The position numbers and the translations under genes were made by a program. A DNA stretch of 64,000 nucleotides, from assembly GCA_963843575.1 (NCBI GenBank), contig CAWJKZ010000014.1, positions 416,001-480,000 of the forward strand, read 5' to 3'. The notes below the pieces were generated by a model. That model made no database searches. It was not told the origin of the DNA and saw only the letters and a list, made by a program, of their open reading frames with translations. The DNA comes from an uncultured Acidobacteriota bacterium (GTDB lineage: Bacteria; Acidobacteriota; UBA6911). Below are positions 21,444 to 32,127 of the stretch, in pieces (the stretch's first letter is position 1; each line of letters starts with the position of its first letter).

Positions 21444-22459
21444 TCTCTTGGAGGAAGAGGATCGCACTGCTGTTGGCCCTCGTCGTCGTGGCGGCGGTCG
21501 CTTTCTGCTGGTGGATCGCCAACGAGCTCACGACGCCGTACTTCGGGGGCGCTCCGGGAGGCATTTTTGTCGAGGTGTCCCGCGGAGCAAGCACCCGCAA
21601 CATCGCCGGGCTCCTTTCACAGTCGGGCGTATTGCGCCATTCCCTGCCGTTCGTTGTTTACGTGCGCTGGACGGGAGCCGGCCGCCGGCTGCAGGCGGGG
21701 GAGTACCATTTCGACAGCCCGGCCACGCCGGTCCAGGTCTTGGACAGGATCATGCGTGGCGACATCCATTTCGTGGCAGTAACCATACCGGAGGGTCTCA
21801 CCGCGCGCGAGACGCTCGAGCAGGTCGCGCGCAGCGGATTGGGTAGGATGGAGGAAATGGAAGCCGCGCTGGTCCGCACGGAATGGATCCGCGATCTCGA
21901 CCCGCGCGCACGCAACCTGGAGGGATACCTTTTCCCGGACACCTATCGATTCACCCGGTCGATCCGTTCCGCTGACATCGTGCGCACGATGGTCACCGAA
22001 TTCCGCACCAATTACGAGAAACTGGTCCGTGAGCATCCTCCGGGGCCCGGTTGGGACGCTCGCCGGGTCGTCACCCTCGCCTCCCTGGTGGAAAAGGAAG
22101 TGGGCAACGATGAGGAAAGGCCGCTCGTCGCGTCCGTATTTGTCAATCGGCTCGAAAGGGGCATACCGCTCGCGTGTGATCCCACGATCATTTACGCGCT
22201 CAAGCTCGCCCGCGGGTACGACGGAAACATCCGCAAGCCCGACCTGAGCATGCAATCTCCTTATAACACCTATGTCCATCCGGGGCTGCCCCCCGGCCCT
22301 ATTGCCAGTCCCGGGATGGCTTCTCTCGAGGCCGCGATCAGCCCGGCGAGGACGGGGTTCCTCTACTTCGTGTCCAGGAACGACGGTACCCACCAGTTTT
22401 CCACGGACTACCGCAGCCACACGCAGGCGGTGCTGCGCTTCCAGAAGCGCGTGCCGTAG
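21440..22459 (+). CDS. mltG: endolytic transglycosylase MltG
   Basis: TIPEG, LEGYLFPDTY, LASLVEKE, SPYNTY..PGLPPGPI, LYFVS. Confidence 0.95.
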   Translation: MISWRKRIALLLALVVVAAVAFCWWIANELTTPYFGGAPGGIFVEVSRGASTRNIAGLLSQSGVLRHSLPFVVYVRWTGAGRRLQAGEYHFDSPATPVQVLDRIMRGDIHFVAVTIPEGLTARETLEQVARSGLGRMEEMEAALVRTEWIRDLDPRARNLEGYLFPDTYRFTRSIRSADIVRTMVTEFRTNYEKLVREHPPGPGWDARRVVTLASLVEKEVGNDEERPLVASVFVNRLERGIPLACDPTIIYALKLARGYDGNIRKPDLSMQSPYNTYVHPGLPPGPIASPGMASLEAAISPARTGFLYFVSRNDGTHQFSTDYRSHTQAVLRFQKRVP

Positions 22460-22554
22460 TGCCGGGCGCCCAATCCCGGCAATTTGTTGACTTGCGGAAA
22501 TCGCGATGTTAGGATTTGTGCGTGATCTTGAAATCTCATACTTGTCAACAGTTT

Positions 22555-23139
22555 ATGGCACGGCGACGCATCGGCTTGCTCGTCGTTGTCCTGCTGTTCG
22601 CCGGATCGATCCCAGGGCGTGCCCAGGCTCAGAAGCCCTCCCTTCCCGACCCTGTCAAGTTTGTAAACAAGTTCGACATCGTCTGGAACGTGGTGCGGGC
22701 GATCTTCGATGACATGGGTTTCGCCACCGAGCTGGAAGACCGCAAGGGCGGGCGCATCGTCACGAAGCCGTACGAGTTCATAACCGGCTCGCTGACTTCG
22801 AGCGAGGTCGATAAGGTTGCGATCAAGAACGACACCATTACCGGGAGCTGGCTGAAGGCTCGCTACACGGTCGAGGCGCTGCTCGAGATCGTGACCCCCA
22901 CCCAGACCATGCTGACCATCCGCACCCGGATGGAGGCGCTGAACCGCGACCTGGACGGCAGCGAGAAGTGGGTCCCTATCGAATCGCTCGGCACGATCGA
23001 GAAGCGCATACTGGGAAGGGTCAGCATGAAACTCCTGGGAAACGACCTTCCGTTCGACGACAAAAAGGGATTCTGGGACAAGAATCCCCAACCCGTCGAC
23101 TCGCGTCAGCCGAGGCCCTATCCGACGCGCCCCCGCTGA
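22555..23139 (+). CDS. secreted hypothetical protein, possible BamC/NlpB-like helix-grip fold
   Basis: Signal peptide ending AQA; VWNVVRAIFDDMGF..ELEDRKGGRIVT and S.G.IE.RIL pattern. Confidence 0.65.
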   Translation: MARRRIGLLVVVLLFAGSIPGRAQAQKPSLPDPVKFVNKFDIVWNVVRAIFDDMGFATELEDRKGGRIVTKPYEFITGSLTSSEVDKVAIKNDTITGSWLKARYTVEALLEIVTPTQTMLTIRTRMEALNRDLDGSEKWVPIESLGTIEKRILGRVSMKLLGNDLPFDDKKGFWDKNPQPVDSRQPRPYPTRPR

Positions 23140-23147
23140 TCCCTGCC

Positions 23148-23708
23148 ATGTCGACACCACCGCTTTCCCAGGATGATGTGTCACGCTCCGGCGCGGATCC
23201 CGATCCCGGCTATCCTATTTCGCCGGGCGTGTCCCGATTCCCGTTGCTCGCTGCGCTGCTCCGCGGGTTGCTGATCGCGCTGGCGATCGTCGTCGCCGCG
23301 GGATTCATCCTCGTCTTTCTGCCCCAACGGGCCGTGGACAAGACCGCAGCCACCCTCCGGGCGCGCACAGCCCCGCCCGCCCTCCCGGAAAGGATCGCGT
23401 TCCTTTATCTCGGCGATGAAGCCGCGGGAGGCGAGTTTCATATCCGGGGAGTGGTGCGCAACATTGCAACCGTGCCTGTCGAGAAACTCGACGCCACGGT
23501 CCGGCTGTATTCGGCAGAGGGGCGGCTGCTCGAGACCCGGGTGGTCCGGATGGACGCCGAGACCATCGCACCGGACGGGATCGCCCAATTCAACCTGATC
23601 TATCCCGACTACCGAGCCCAGTTCGGCAGCTATTCGGTCGATTTCATGCTGCGCGACGGCGAGCCTGTGCCCTACAAAGACATGCGCGCCTCTCGGGGAA
23701 AAGACTGA
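23148..23708 (+). CDS. membrane-anchored protein with FxLYD-like Ig domain
   Basis: One TM helix then IRGVVRN...ATVRLYSAEGRLL...IAPDGIAQF. Confidence 0.65.
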   Translation: MSTPPLSQDDVSRSGADPDPGYPISPGVSRFPLLAALLRGLLIALAIVVAAGFILVFLPQRAVDKTAATLRARTAPPALPERIAFLYLGDEAAGGEFHIRGVVRNIATVPVEKLDATVRLYSAEGRLLETRVVRMDAETIAPDGIAQFNLIYPDYRAQFGSYSVDFMLRDGEPVPYKDMRASRGKD

Positions 23709-23733
23709 CGCCCGCAGGCTCGAAATCCTGGCT

Positions 23734-25484
23734 ATGACCAACAGCAACCTCTCCCACCTCACTCCGTACCTTGCCAGGTACCGGGTGAAACTGGCGCTCG
23801 GCCTCGCGATGGTTTTCCTCACGGTGTCGACGGGGATGTTCGCGCCGTGGGTCCTCAAATACGTCGTCGACGACCTGCAGTCCGCCTTCGCGCGGGAGAA
23901 GCTGCCGCAATATGCGGGGATGATCATCGGGATTTCGGTGGCGGAAGGGTTCTTCCGCTTCTGGATGCGGAAGATCCTGATCGGGGTGAGCCGCGAGGTC
24001 GAATACGACCTGCGCAACGACTTCCTCGCCCATCTGCAGAAAATGCCGCTCAGTTTCTTCCAGGCCCGCAACACGGGCGACATCATGTCGCGGGCCACCA
24101 ACGACCTGAACGCGGTCCGCTCGGTGCTGGGGCCCGGCATCATGTACTCGGCCACCACCATCGTCACGGTCGTCGCCGCGACCGCCATACTGCTGCGCAT
24201 CAACTGGCACCTTACTCTTCTCGCCTATGTGCCGCTCGGCCTGGCTTCGTTTACCGTAAAGCACTTCGGACAGCAGATTCACGACCGGTTCGAGAAGATC
24301 CAGGAGCAGTTCTCCAGCATCAGCACGATGGTCCAGGAGAACCTGTCCGGCATCCGGGTCGTGAAGGCGTTTGCCCGCGAGGAATCCCAGGTCGAGGAGT
24401 TCAAGGCCCTCAACCAGGACTATGTCCGCCGCAGCGTGTCGCTGATCAGGCTTTGGGGGGTGTTTTACCCGCTCATGTCGGCCCTGATCGGGCTTTCCTC
24501 GGCCGCTCTGCTATGGTGGGGGGGAGACAAGTGGTCTCGGGCGCCCTGAGCCTGGGCGAATTTGTCGCTTTCATCGGGTACCTGGCGATGCTGACCTGGC
24601 CGACGATCGCCGTCGGGTGGGTGATCAACATCTTCCAGCGCGGCTCCGCCTCCATGGGACGGATCCTGAGCGTCCTGCAGATCGAGCCGGCGATCCGGGA
24701 CTCGGCGACGGCGGCGGCTCCCGAATCCCCGCAGGGGGCCCTCGAGGTGCGGCACCTGTCCTTCGCGTACCCCGGGACGGAAATCCCGGTGCTGCACGAC
24801 ATCGCCTTCTCCGTCCCGGCCGGCCAGAGCCTTGCCATCGTGGGTCACACGGGCAGCGGCAAGTCGACCCTCATCAATCTGATTCCCCGGCTCTTCGACC
24901 CTCCGCCCGGAACCGTGTTCGTCGACGGGCGGGACGTCCGTGAGTGGCCCCTGGCCGAACTGAGGCGCATGATCGGCTACGTCCCCCAGGAGACCTTCCT
25001 GTTTTCGGATACGATATTTGAAAACATCGCCTTCGGACGGCGCGGGGAGGTGCCCGCGGACGACGTCGCGTGGGCCGCGCGCGTCTCCCAGGTCGCCGAG
25101 GACATCGGGCATTTCCCCCAGCAGTACGAGACGTTCGTCGGCGAACGCGGCATCACGCTGTCCGGCGGCCAGAAACAGCGCGTGGCCATCAGCCGCGCCG
25201 TGGCGCTTTCCCCCCGGATCCTCCTGCTGGACGACTCCCTGTCGAATGTCGACACCTACACCGAAGAGCGCATCCTGGGCGAACTGGCGCAGGTCATGGA
25301 GGGCCGCACCACCATTCTGGTTTCACACCGGGTCTCGACGGTGCGCAACGCCCATCAGATCATCGTCCTGCAGGATGGGGCGATCGTGGAACGCGGCACG
25401 CACGAGTCCCTGATGGCGCGTCAGGGCGCATACGCCGACCTCTATCAGAAGCAGCTTCTGGAGGAGGAACTGGCGACCGCCTGA
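23734..25484 (+). CDS. ABC exporter ATP-binding/permease subunit 1 (MdlA/YheI-like); frameshift in G run 24518-24524
   Basis: TM domain in ORF 23734-24549 continues in the 23847-25484 frame (WWGGRQVV); GHTGSGKS, LSGGQKQR, LLLDD. Confidence 0.9.
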
Positions 25485-25487
25485 CAT

Positions 25488-27390
25488 ATGCCTCCCCAAG
25501 CGCACGACGACCAGGTTCTCGGCAAGGCGTACGACGCCCGCCTCATGCGGCGGTTGCTGACCTACATCCGCCCGTACCGCGGCTCGGCCGCCCTCGCCAT
25601 CATCTACATCCTCGGCGGCGTCGGCGCTGTCGGTGCTCCCGCCCTACCTGACCAAGGTCGCCATCGACCGATACATCACGGCCGGCGACCGGACGGGGCT
25701 CGACCGTATCGCAGCGCTGTACGTCCTCACCCTGATGGCGGTCTTCGGCCTGAGCTACGGTCAGACCTGGGTCATGAACCTGATGGGCCAGAAGATCATG
25801 TACGACCTCCGCCTGCAGATCTTCCGGCACCTGCAGCGACTCGACGTGGCGTTTTTCGACCACAACCCGGTCGGCCGCCTGATGACACGGGTCACTACCG
25901 ACGTCGACGCCCTCAACGAGCTGTTCACCTCGGGGGTGATCACCATCTTCGGCGACGTGTGCACCCTGGTGGGAATCGTCATCACCCTGTTCCTGATGAA
26001 TTTCCGGCTCGCCCTGGCGGTCTTCTCCGTCGTGCCGCTCCTGTTCCTGGTCACATTTCTCTTCAAGATCAAGGTGCGCGACTCCTTCCGCCGGGTCCGC
26101 ACAGCGATTGCCCGCATCAACACGTTCCTCCAGGAGAACATCACCGGGACGGCCGTGGTGCAGATCTTCAACCAGGAGGCGAAACAACACGAGCGTTTCA
26201 CCCGCATCAACCGCGAGCACCTGGACGCCAATCTGCAGTCGATTTTCTACTACGCCATTTTCTACCCGCTCCTCGAACTCGTCGGCGCGCTGGCGGTCGC
26301 ACTGATCGTCTGGTACGGCGGACTCCAGGTGTTCGCGGGTGCGCTGACCCTGGGAGCCCTGGTGGCCTTCATCCAGTACTCCGACCGCTTCTTCCGACCG
26401 ATTTCGGATCTCAGCGAGAAGTACACGATCCTGCAGGCGGCCATGGCTTCCTCCGAGCGGATTTTCAAGCTCCTCGACACTCCGCCGGCCATCATCAGTC
26501 CTGCACGGCCCCAGGCCATCGAGGTCCGGTCGGGCCGCGTCGAATTCCGCAACGTCAGCTTCGGCTACAACCCGGGAGAGACCATCCTGCACGACGTGTC
26601 GTTCACGGTCGAGCCCGGGGAGAAGGTGGCGCTGGTCGGCGCCACCGGAGCCGGCAAATCCACCATCATCGGACTGCTCAGCCGTTTCTACGAGGTCGGA
26701 CAGGGCGAGATCCGCGTCGACGGGACGGACATCCGCGAGTTCGACCTGCACGGACTGCGCCGCTCGATCGGCATCGTCCTTCAGGACGTGTTCCTGTTTT
26801 CCGGAACCGTGGGGGACAACATCCGTCTCGCCAACGACCGCATCACGGCGGAGGAGGTGCGCGCCGCGGCCGATACGGTGCACGCCGCGCGCTTCATCGA
26901 AAGGCTGGCCAACCAGTACGACACGAGGGTCGGGGAACGCGGCTCGTCGCTGTCGGTCGGCCAGAAGCAGCTGCTAGCCTTCGCCCGCGCCCTGGCGTAC
27001 GATCCGAAAATCCTCGTCCTGGACGAAGCCACCTCCAGCATCGACACGGAAACCGAGCTGCTGATCCGCGACGCGCTGGCCAGATTGCTGGCCGGCCGCA
27101 CCTCGATCATCATCGCGCACCGGCTGTCGACCGTGCAGAACGCCGACCGCATCGTCGTGCTGCACCGCGGGCGCGTGCGCGAGACGGGCACCCACCAGGA
27201 ACTGCTGAAGGCGAAGGGGATTTACTGGAGACTCTACCAGCTGCAGTACAAGGACCAGCTGACGACCGGCGGGCATGGCGGGACAAACCGGGATGCCGGA
27301 AGTCAGCGGGCCCCCTTGCCCATGAGCACGACCGGAAACGTGCGCAGCAGGATCTTCACGTCCAGGAGCAGCGACCAGTTGTCGATATAG
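25488..27390 (+). CDS. ABC exporter ATP-binding/permease subunit 2 (MdlB/YheH-like); frameshift near 25614
   Basis: LGKAYDARLMRRLLTYIRPY N-terminus joins the 25633 frame (ILAASALSVLPPYL); GATGAGKS, LSVGQKQL, LVLDEAT. Confidence 0.9.
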
Positions 27391-28734
27391 TGCAGGTCCA
27401 GCTTCATCCACTCGTGGAAATCGATCTCGTTGCGCCCCGACACCTGCCAGAGACACGTGATGCCCGGCTTGACCGAGAGGCGCCGGCGCTGCCAGCGCGT
27501 GTATTCGCGCACTTCCTCCGGCAGCGGGGCCCGGGGCCCGACGAGGCTCATGTCGCCCGTCAGGACGTTCCAGAATTGCGGCCACTCGTCGATGGAGCTC
27601 TTGCGCAGGAAACGGCCCAGGGGCGTGACCCGTGGGTCGTTGCGCATCTTGAACACCGGGCCGTCCATCTCGTTCAGGTGCTTGATCTCCCAAAGGACGT
27701 CCTCCGCCCCCTCGCGCATGCTGCGGAACTTGTACAGGACGAACTTCCTCCCGTACAACCCGCAGCGGATCTGCCTGTAAATGATCGGCCCCTTGGAGGT
27801 CAAACCGATCAGGATGCCGAAGACGACCATCAGAGGCGCCAGGAGGACGAGCAGGACCGACGCGATGAGCACATCCATGACCCGCTTCAGGAACATCGAC
27901 AGCGGGTGATCCGGCCGGCTGCCAAAGGTTATCAGCGGGACGTTTTCGAGGAACTCCATCGAAACCTTGGAGACCTTGACGGGGAAGAAGTCCGCGGCTA
28001 TGCGGGTCTGGATTCCCTGCTCCTTGCAGATGGCCAGCACTTCGCGGAAAGACTCGAGGTCGCGGGGTTCGCTGCCGACGAAGATCAGCTCGTCGACGAC
28101 GTTGTTCTCGATGATCTGAGGGATGTCGGAGAGGTCCCCGAGTTCCCCGTCGCCGCCCCCCCGATCACCGTTGGCACGCACGTAGCCCAGGATCTTCAGA
28201 CCCCCAATCCGAATAGCGCGAAATGAGGGCGCCCATCGCACGCGCCTTGTCCCCGGCCCCGACGATCAGGATGTTGCGCAGCGGCGGCGACGAGTGCCGG
28301 CGCCGGCTGCTGTGGATGAGGACCGCCAGGCGGGCAACCGACAGCAGGCTCGCCTGCAGCAGCACGAACAGGGCGATCAGGAGTCGGCTCAGGTTCAGCG
28401 TCAGGGCGAACGAAAGGAAGCCGAGAAACAGGCCCAGGAGGACCGACGACTCCAGGATGATCCGGATCCTCCCCCACCCGGAGCGCGTGAACGAGATGCG
28501 GTACAGGCCGAGCGAGTAGGCGACGATCGCCCACCACGCGATCGCGAACACCACCATCCAGAGGTAGGCCCGCAGCGGGTGCAGTTCCGGATTGAGCAAT
28601 CCCTCGAGGCTGCCCGGGACGGCCGAGCCCGCATGAATGCGCGCGAGATAGGAAAGCGGAAACGCCGCGCACGTCAGCAACAGGTCGGTGACGAACTGCA
28701 AAGTCGTGAAAAGCTTGGCGCGCTCTCGGAACAT
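27303..28734 (-). CDS. polyprenyl glycosylphosphotransferase (priming sugar transferase, WcaJ/CpsE-like); frameshift at 28201-28205
   Basis: N-terminal TMs and ILIVGAG, then KRVMDV, YKFRSM, DPRVTPLGRFLRKSSIDEWPQ, MSLVGPR, KPGITCLWQV. Confidence 0.9.
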
Positions 28735-28786
28735 CGCTTTTCGGACCCCACAAAACGTCGAATTATAGCACGGCCCGGTGGGCCGG

Positions 28787-31513
28787 CTAGTTCGGCAATT
28801 GCTGCGGCGGCACGGCGGAGAGGTACCGGCCGTTGGTCGCCCCAAAAAGCTCGAATCCTATGATCGGGTTGCTGGAAAGCACCTTGACGAATCCACCCAC
28901 CTGTCCGGCCGTGCTCGGAATGAGCTGCTCCAGCAAAGCGACGAGCCGCCCGCCCGCGCGCAGCACGAGCGATGCGCTGCCGGTCAGGGCACCCGTCCGG
29001 CCGTAGACCTCGACCCGCACCTCCCCTCCGACCGGCGCCAGGAACGCCAGGCCCGTGTAGAATCCCTGGCCCTGCGCCACCTGCGAGAACAGGAACTCGC
29101 GCTCCCCGGCGGCGCTGAGCGGGAGAGCAGCGCCGAAATCCAGCTCCTGGAAAGCAGGATTCCCGTTGCCGAACATCACATTTCCTATCAGGCGGGCGCC
29201 GGCGGAACCGGTAATCCTGATCGAGCCCTCCACAGGGGGGCTGCCTGCGAGGCCGAAATACGAGCCCACATCCACCGTAAAGTGCCCCCCGACTGGGATG
29301 GCAATCGAACTGCCCGCCCTCGATCCCGGGAGCAACTCCCCGTTGTTGCCGTGCAGCGTCACCGACACGGCAGCCGGCGCGGACCCGGCATTGACGACAT
29401 TCAGGCGCGTGCCGAAGGCCACGCCGAAGTCTCCGACGGCAAGCTGCGGCGAGTACAGGACGGCCGAAGCCTCCTCGGTCGGCTGTGCGTTGAGCCCCAA
29501 CACCGTCCCGGATTGCCGGACGAAAGCAAAACCCGCCAGCGCCTCCGCGGAGCAGGTCGCCTGGACATGCGCCGAGACCAGCGGGTGGGTGTAGCCGAAC
29601 ATCGTCGACACGCTTTCGCCGATCTTGCCCCGCGCCGGGATGGTGCGTTTGAGCGGCCCCCGCAGCACCTCCCCCGATGGCCCGACGAGCGTGAGCGCCA
29701 CCGGCGCGGGGGAGTCCGACACGTTCATGAGGTGGATTTCGGTGGCAGTGAACGAGTTCTGCAACACGTCGGCGAAGTAGAGCTGCCTGTAACCCCGGGT
29801 AAACGCCCCCGCACCGTCGAGGTAGTTGTTTGCCGTGTCACCCGACAGAAAAAATCCCTGCAGCTCGGCCGTGTCGGACTCCAGCACGATCGAACCCGCC
29901 TGGCGGCTGAGTGGCGGGAGGTTGAAGATCTGCCGCTCCAGCCGCGCGGTCTGGGCATTGGCCGCGATGCTTAAATCCGTCGGGACGGTTGCGTCCTGGT
30001 CGTAGATCAGCTCGCCGGCGTAGTCGCGGCTCGTGATCCGGACCGACGCGGGCAGCGATGCGGGGTTGGCCAGGGCGATTCCCGTGTACTGGTCGGGCGA
30101 GGTCACGAGATAAGGGATATAGAGGGTGAGCGCGGGTGGCGTCCGCTGCATGACGATGATCCCACCGGTGCTGGCGGCCTCCTCCTCCCCCGCCCGCACG
30201 GCCACCGTGCGTGGGCCGGGCACGGCATCGGGAGCCACGTGAATCAGCACCGAAACGCCGACCTCGGTCCCCGCCGTGTTCTTGAGCACCTTCAGCGGCC
30301 GGGCGCCGTCGATCGTTATCCCGGTGCCTAGGATGCGCACGTCGGGAATCCCTGCCACCTTCGACACGCCGGCTCCCCCGATCAACAGCGTCACAAGGTC
30401 CCCGGGGTGCACGATCACCCCCCCTGTGGCCAGGTAACCGGCTCCCGTCAGCGGATCGCCCATCCCCATGCGGTCGACGTTCAGGCCGGCGCTCTTGGCC
30501 GGCACCTCGAAATCCACCTCGTCCGAGGACTCTTCCGGACTCGAGACGTCGTCCGCCGACGAGACCCGCTGCTCCTTGAAGACCGTACGGAAAGTGGTGT
30601 TGAGCTTCCGGTAGTACGCCTCGTCCCCCTGCAACTGCAGGTCGTCGACCCTCGCCGGACCATCCAGCGGTTCGGCGTAGACCGTGTACCTGCCCGCCAC
30701 CGGCCCGGTGATCGAGTAGCTGCCGTCAGGCTCGGACAGGGTGGTGTAAAGCAGGTTGCGATCGACTTCCATAGCCGCCACCGACGCGCCAAAGACGGGC
30801 TTGCCCTGCTGCGTCACCCGCCCCGAAATGCGGCCGAGCCCCGAACTGCGGCTCCTGTCAGGATAGGTGAAGGTGGCAAACGACACGGAGTCCGCAGACA
30901 GGTACCGCTGGAAGAACTCACCCGGTCCGGTCAGGAAAAACATCGTGTCGTTTTGCGCGACGGCATGGTCGCATCCGAGAAGATGCCCCAACTCGTGCGT
31001 AACGATCGATTGGAGGTCGTAGGTGGCCGGCGCGAGGTTCGTCGAAAATCTGTAGTCCGGGTTGAGGACGATATCCGCCTCGGTGATCGCCCCGGTGCCG
31101 ACGCTGAAGACGACGCGGGTGAGCGCCACCGGCCCGTCTGCATCCCCGATCAGCTGGCGGTTGCCCGGCGTATCGGCCATGGTGAGCAGGTTCGTCCCGT
31201 CCTGGCCTCCCGACTGCAACCCGGAGATCCGCAACTCCGAAAAGCGCACCGCCGCCGTCTGCACGCTCTGCCATGCCAGCATCGAGGCCTTGACGGCCCC
31301 CATTACATCGCTCCCCGCGGCCAGATTCGGAGTTCCCCCCACCGTGGCGTCGTTTACCCAGAGCGCGATGGGAAACCTATCCGAGGGCCAGAAGAGACGC
31401 AGGCCCTCGGTCCCCCACCTCATGGGGACGTAGGCCGAGGCAGCCGGCAGAAAAAGCAGGGCGGGAGCCAGCCACAGCAGCAGGCGCGATTTCAAGGGGG
31501 GCCGGAGCTTCAT
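28787..31513 (-). CDS. secreted matrixin-like (metzincin) metalloprotease with carboxypeptidase-regulatory-like domain and C-terminal repeats
   Basis: Signal peptide, EADIVLN, THELGHLLGCDH plus Met-turn (DTMF), GRISGRV...DGSYSITG...GRYTVYAEP, four repeated beta modules. Confidence 0.85.
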   Translation of the reverse strand: MKLRPPLKSRLLLWLAPALLFLPAASAYVPMRWGTEGLRLFWPSDRFPIALWVNDATVGGTPNLAAGSDVMGAVKASMLAWQSVQTAAVRFSELRISGLQSGGQDGTNLLTMADTPGNRQLIGDADGPVALTRVVFSVGTGAITEADIVLNPDYRFSTNLAPATYDLQSIVTHELGHLLGCDHAVAQNDTMFFLTGPGEFFQRYLSADSVSFATFTYPDRSRSSGLGRISGRVTQQGKPVFGASVAAMEVDRNLLYTTLSEPDGSYSITGPVAGRYTVYAEPLDGPARVDDLQLQGDEAYYRKLNTTFRTVFKEQRVSSADDVSSPEESSDEVDFEVPAKSAGLNVDRMGMGDPLTGAGYLATGGVIVHPGDLVTLLIGGAGVSKVAGIPDVRILGTGITIDGARPLKVLKNTAGTEVGVSVLIHVAPDAVPGPRTVAVRAGEEEAASTGGIIVMQRTPPALTLYIPYLVTSPDQYTGIALANPASLPASVRITSRDYAGELIYDQDATVPTDLSIAANAQTARLERQIFNLPPLSRQAGSIVLESDTAELQGFFLSGDTANNYLDGAGAFTRGYRQLYFADVLQNSFTATEIHLMNVSDSPAPVALTLVGPSGEVLRGPLKRTIPARGKIGESVSTMFGYTHPLVSAHVQATCSAEALAGFAFVRQSGTVLGLNAQPTEEASAVLYSPQLAVGDFGVAFGTRLNVVNAGSAPAAVSVTLHGNNGELLPGSRAGSSIAIPVGGHFTVDVGSYFGLAGSPPVEGSIRITGSAGARLIGNVMFGNGNPAFQELDFGAALPLSAAGEREFLFSQVAQGQGFYTGLAFLAPVGGEVRVEVYGRTGALTGSASLVLRAGGRLVALLEQLIPSTAGQVGGFVKVLSSNPIIGFELFGATNGRYLSAVPPQQLPN

Positions 31514-32073
31514 CGGATTCTCTGACGGATGTCGCGCATGAACTCGTCCAGCCGGCGCTCGCCGAGAGGCTCAGGGACCTGCGGCCTGCGCACGCTGTCG
31601 CTCTCATACACCGGCTCGGCCTGCCGGTCGAGCGCGTGCGCCATCGGCGGACTCCCGGCCCCGTCCCGCGTCACCCCGTAAACCCCCTGACGCAGGCCCG
31701 TCACACGCAACCGGTTGCCGGTTGCACCGTGCAGAAACAAGACCACCTCGTCGTTCAGCCGGAAGCGCGGCACCCCGGGCAAGAGGTGCCCCACATCCCC
31801 GACTACGCCGCCAGGCTCGCTGACCGTAACCGTCCTCCCGGAACTTCCCTTCGCCGAGTCGATCACCAGGACTTCGGTGTGCGTCCAGATCGTCCTGGTT
31901 TCCGAATCCCACGCGGCGTGAGACCCGACCACACGCCCGTGGACGATCCGGTCCGAACGGGCAACGAGGGTATCCAGCGTCAGACTACGCACCGTCGCCG
32001 AGTGCGAGATCCCCCCGGCCAGCGCCATCACCCCCAGACACATCGCGGCAACCGCTGCAGTCTTCATGCGCAT
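31510..32073 (-). CDS. secreted hypothetical protein coupled to the protease
   Basis: Signal peptide, LTLDTLVARSDRIVHGRV, PGGVVG, PRF..NDEVVLFL; stop overlaps the protease start (ATGA). Confidence 0.75.
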   Translation of the reverse strand: MRMKTAAVAAMCLGVMALAGGISHSATVRSLTLDTLVARSDRIVHGRVVGSHAAWDSETRTIWTHTEVLVIDSAKGSSGRTVTVSEPGGVVGDVGHLLPGVPRFRLNDEVVLFLHGATGNRLRVTGLRQGVYGVTRDGAGSPPMAHALDRQAEPVYESDSVRRPQVPEPLGERRLDEFMRDIRQRIR

Positions 32074-32127
32074 GATCTTCCGGCTCAACAGTTCAGACGA
32101 AGCCCGCACTGTTTATAACGGCACTAT

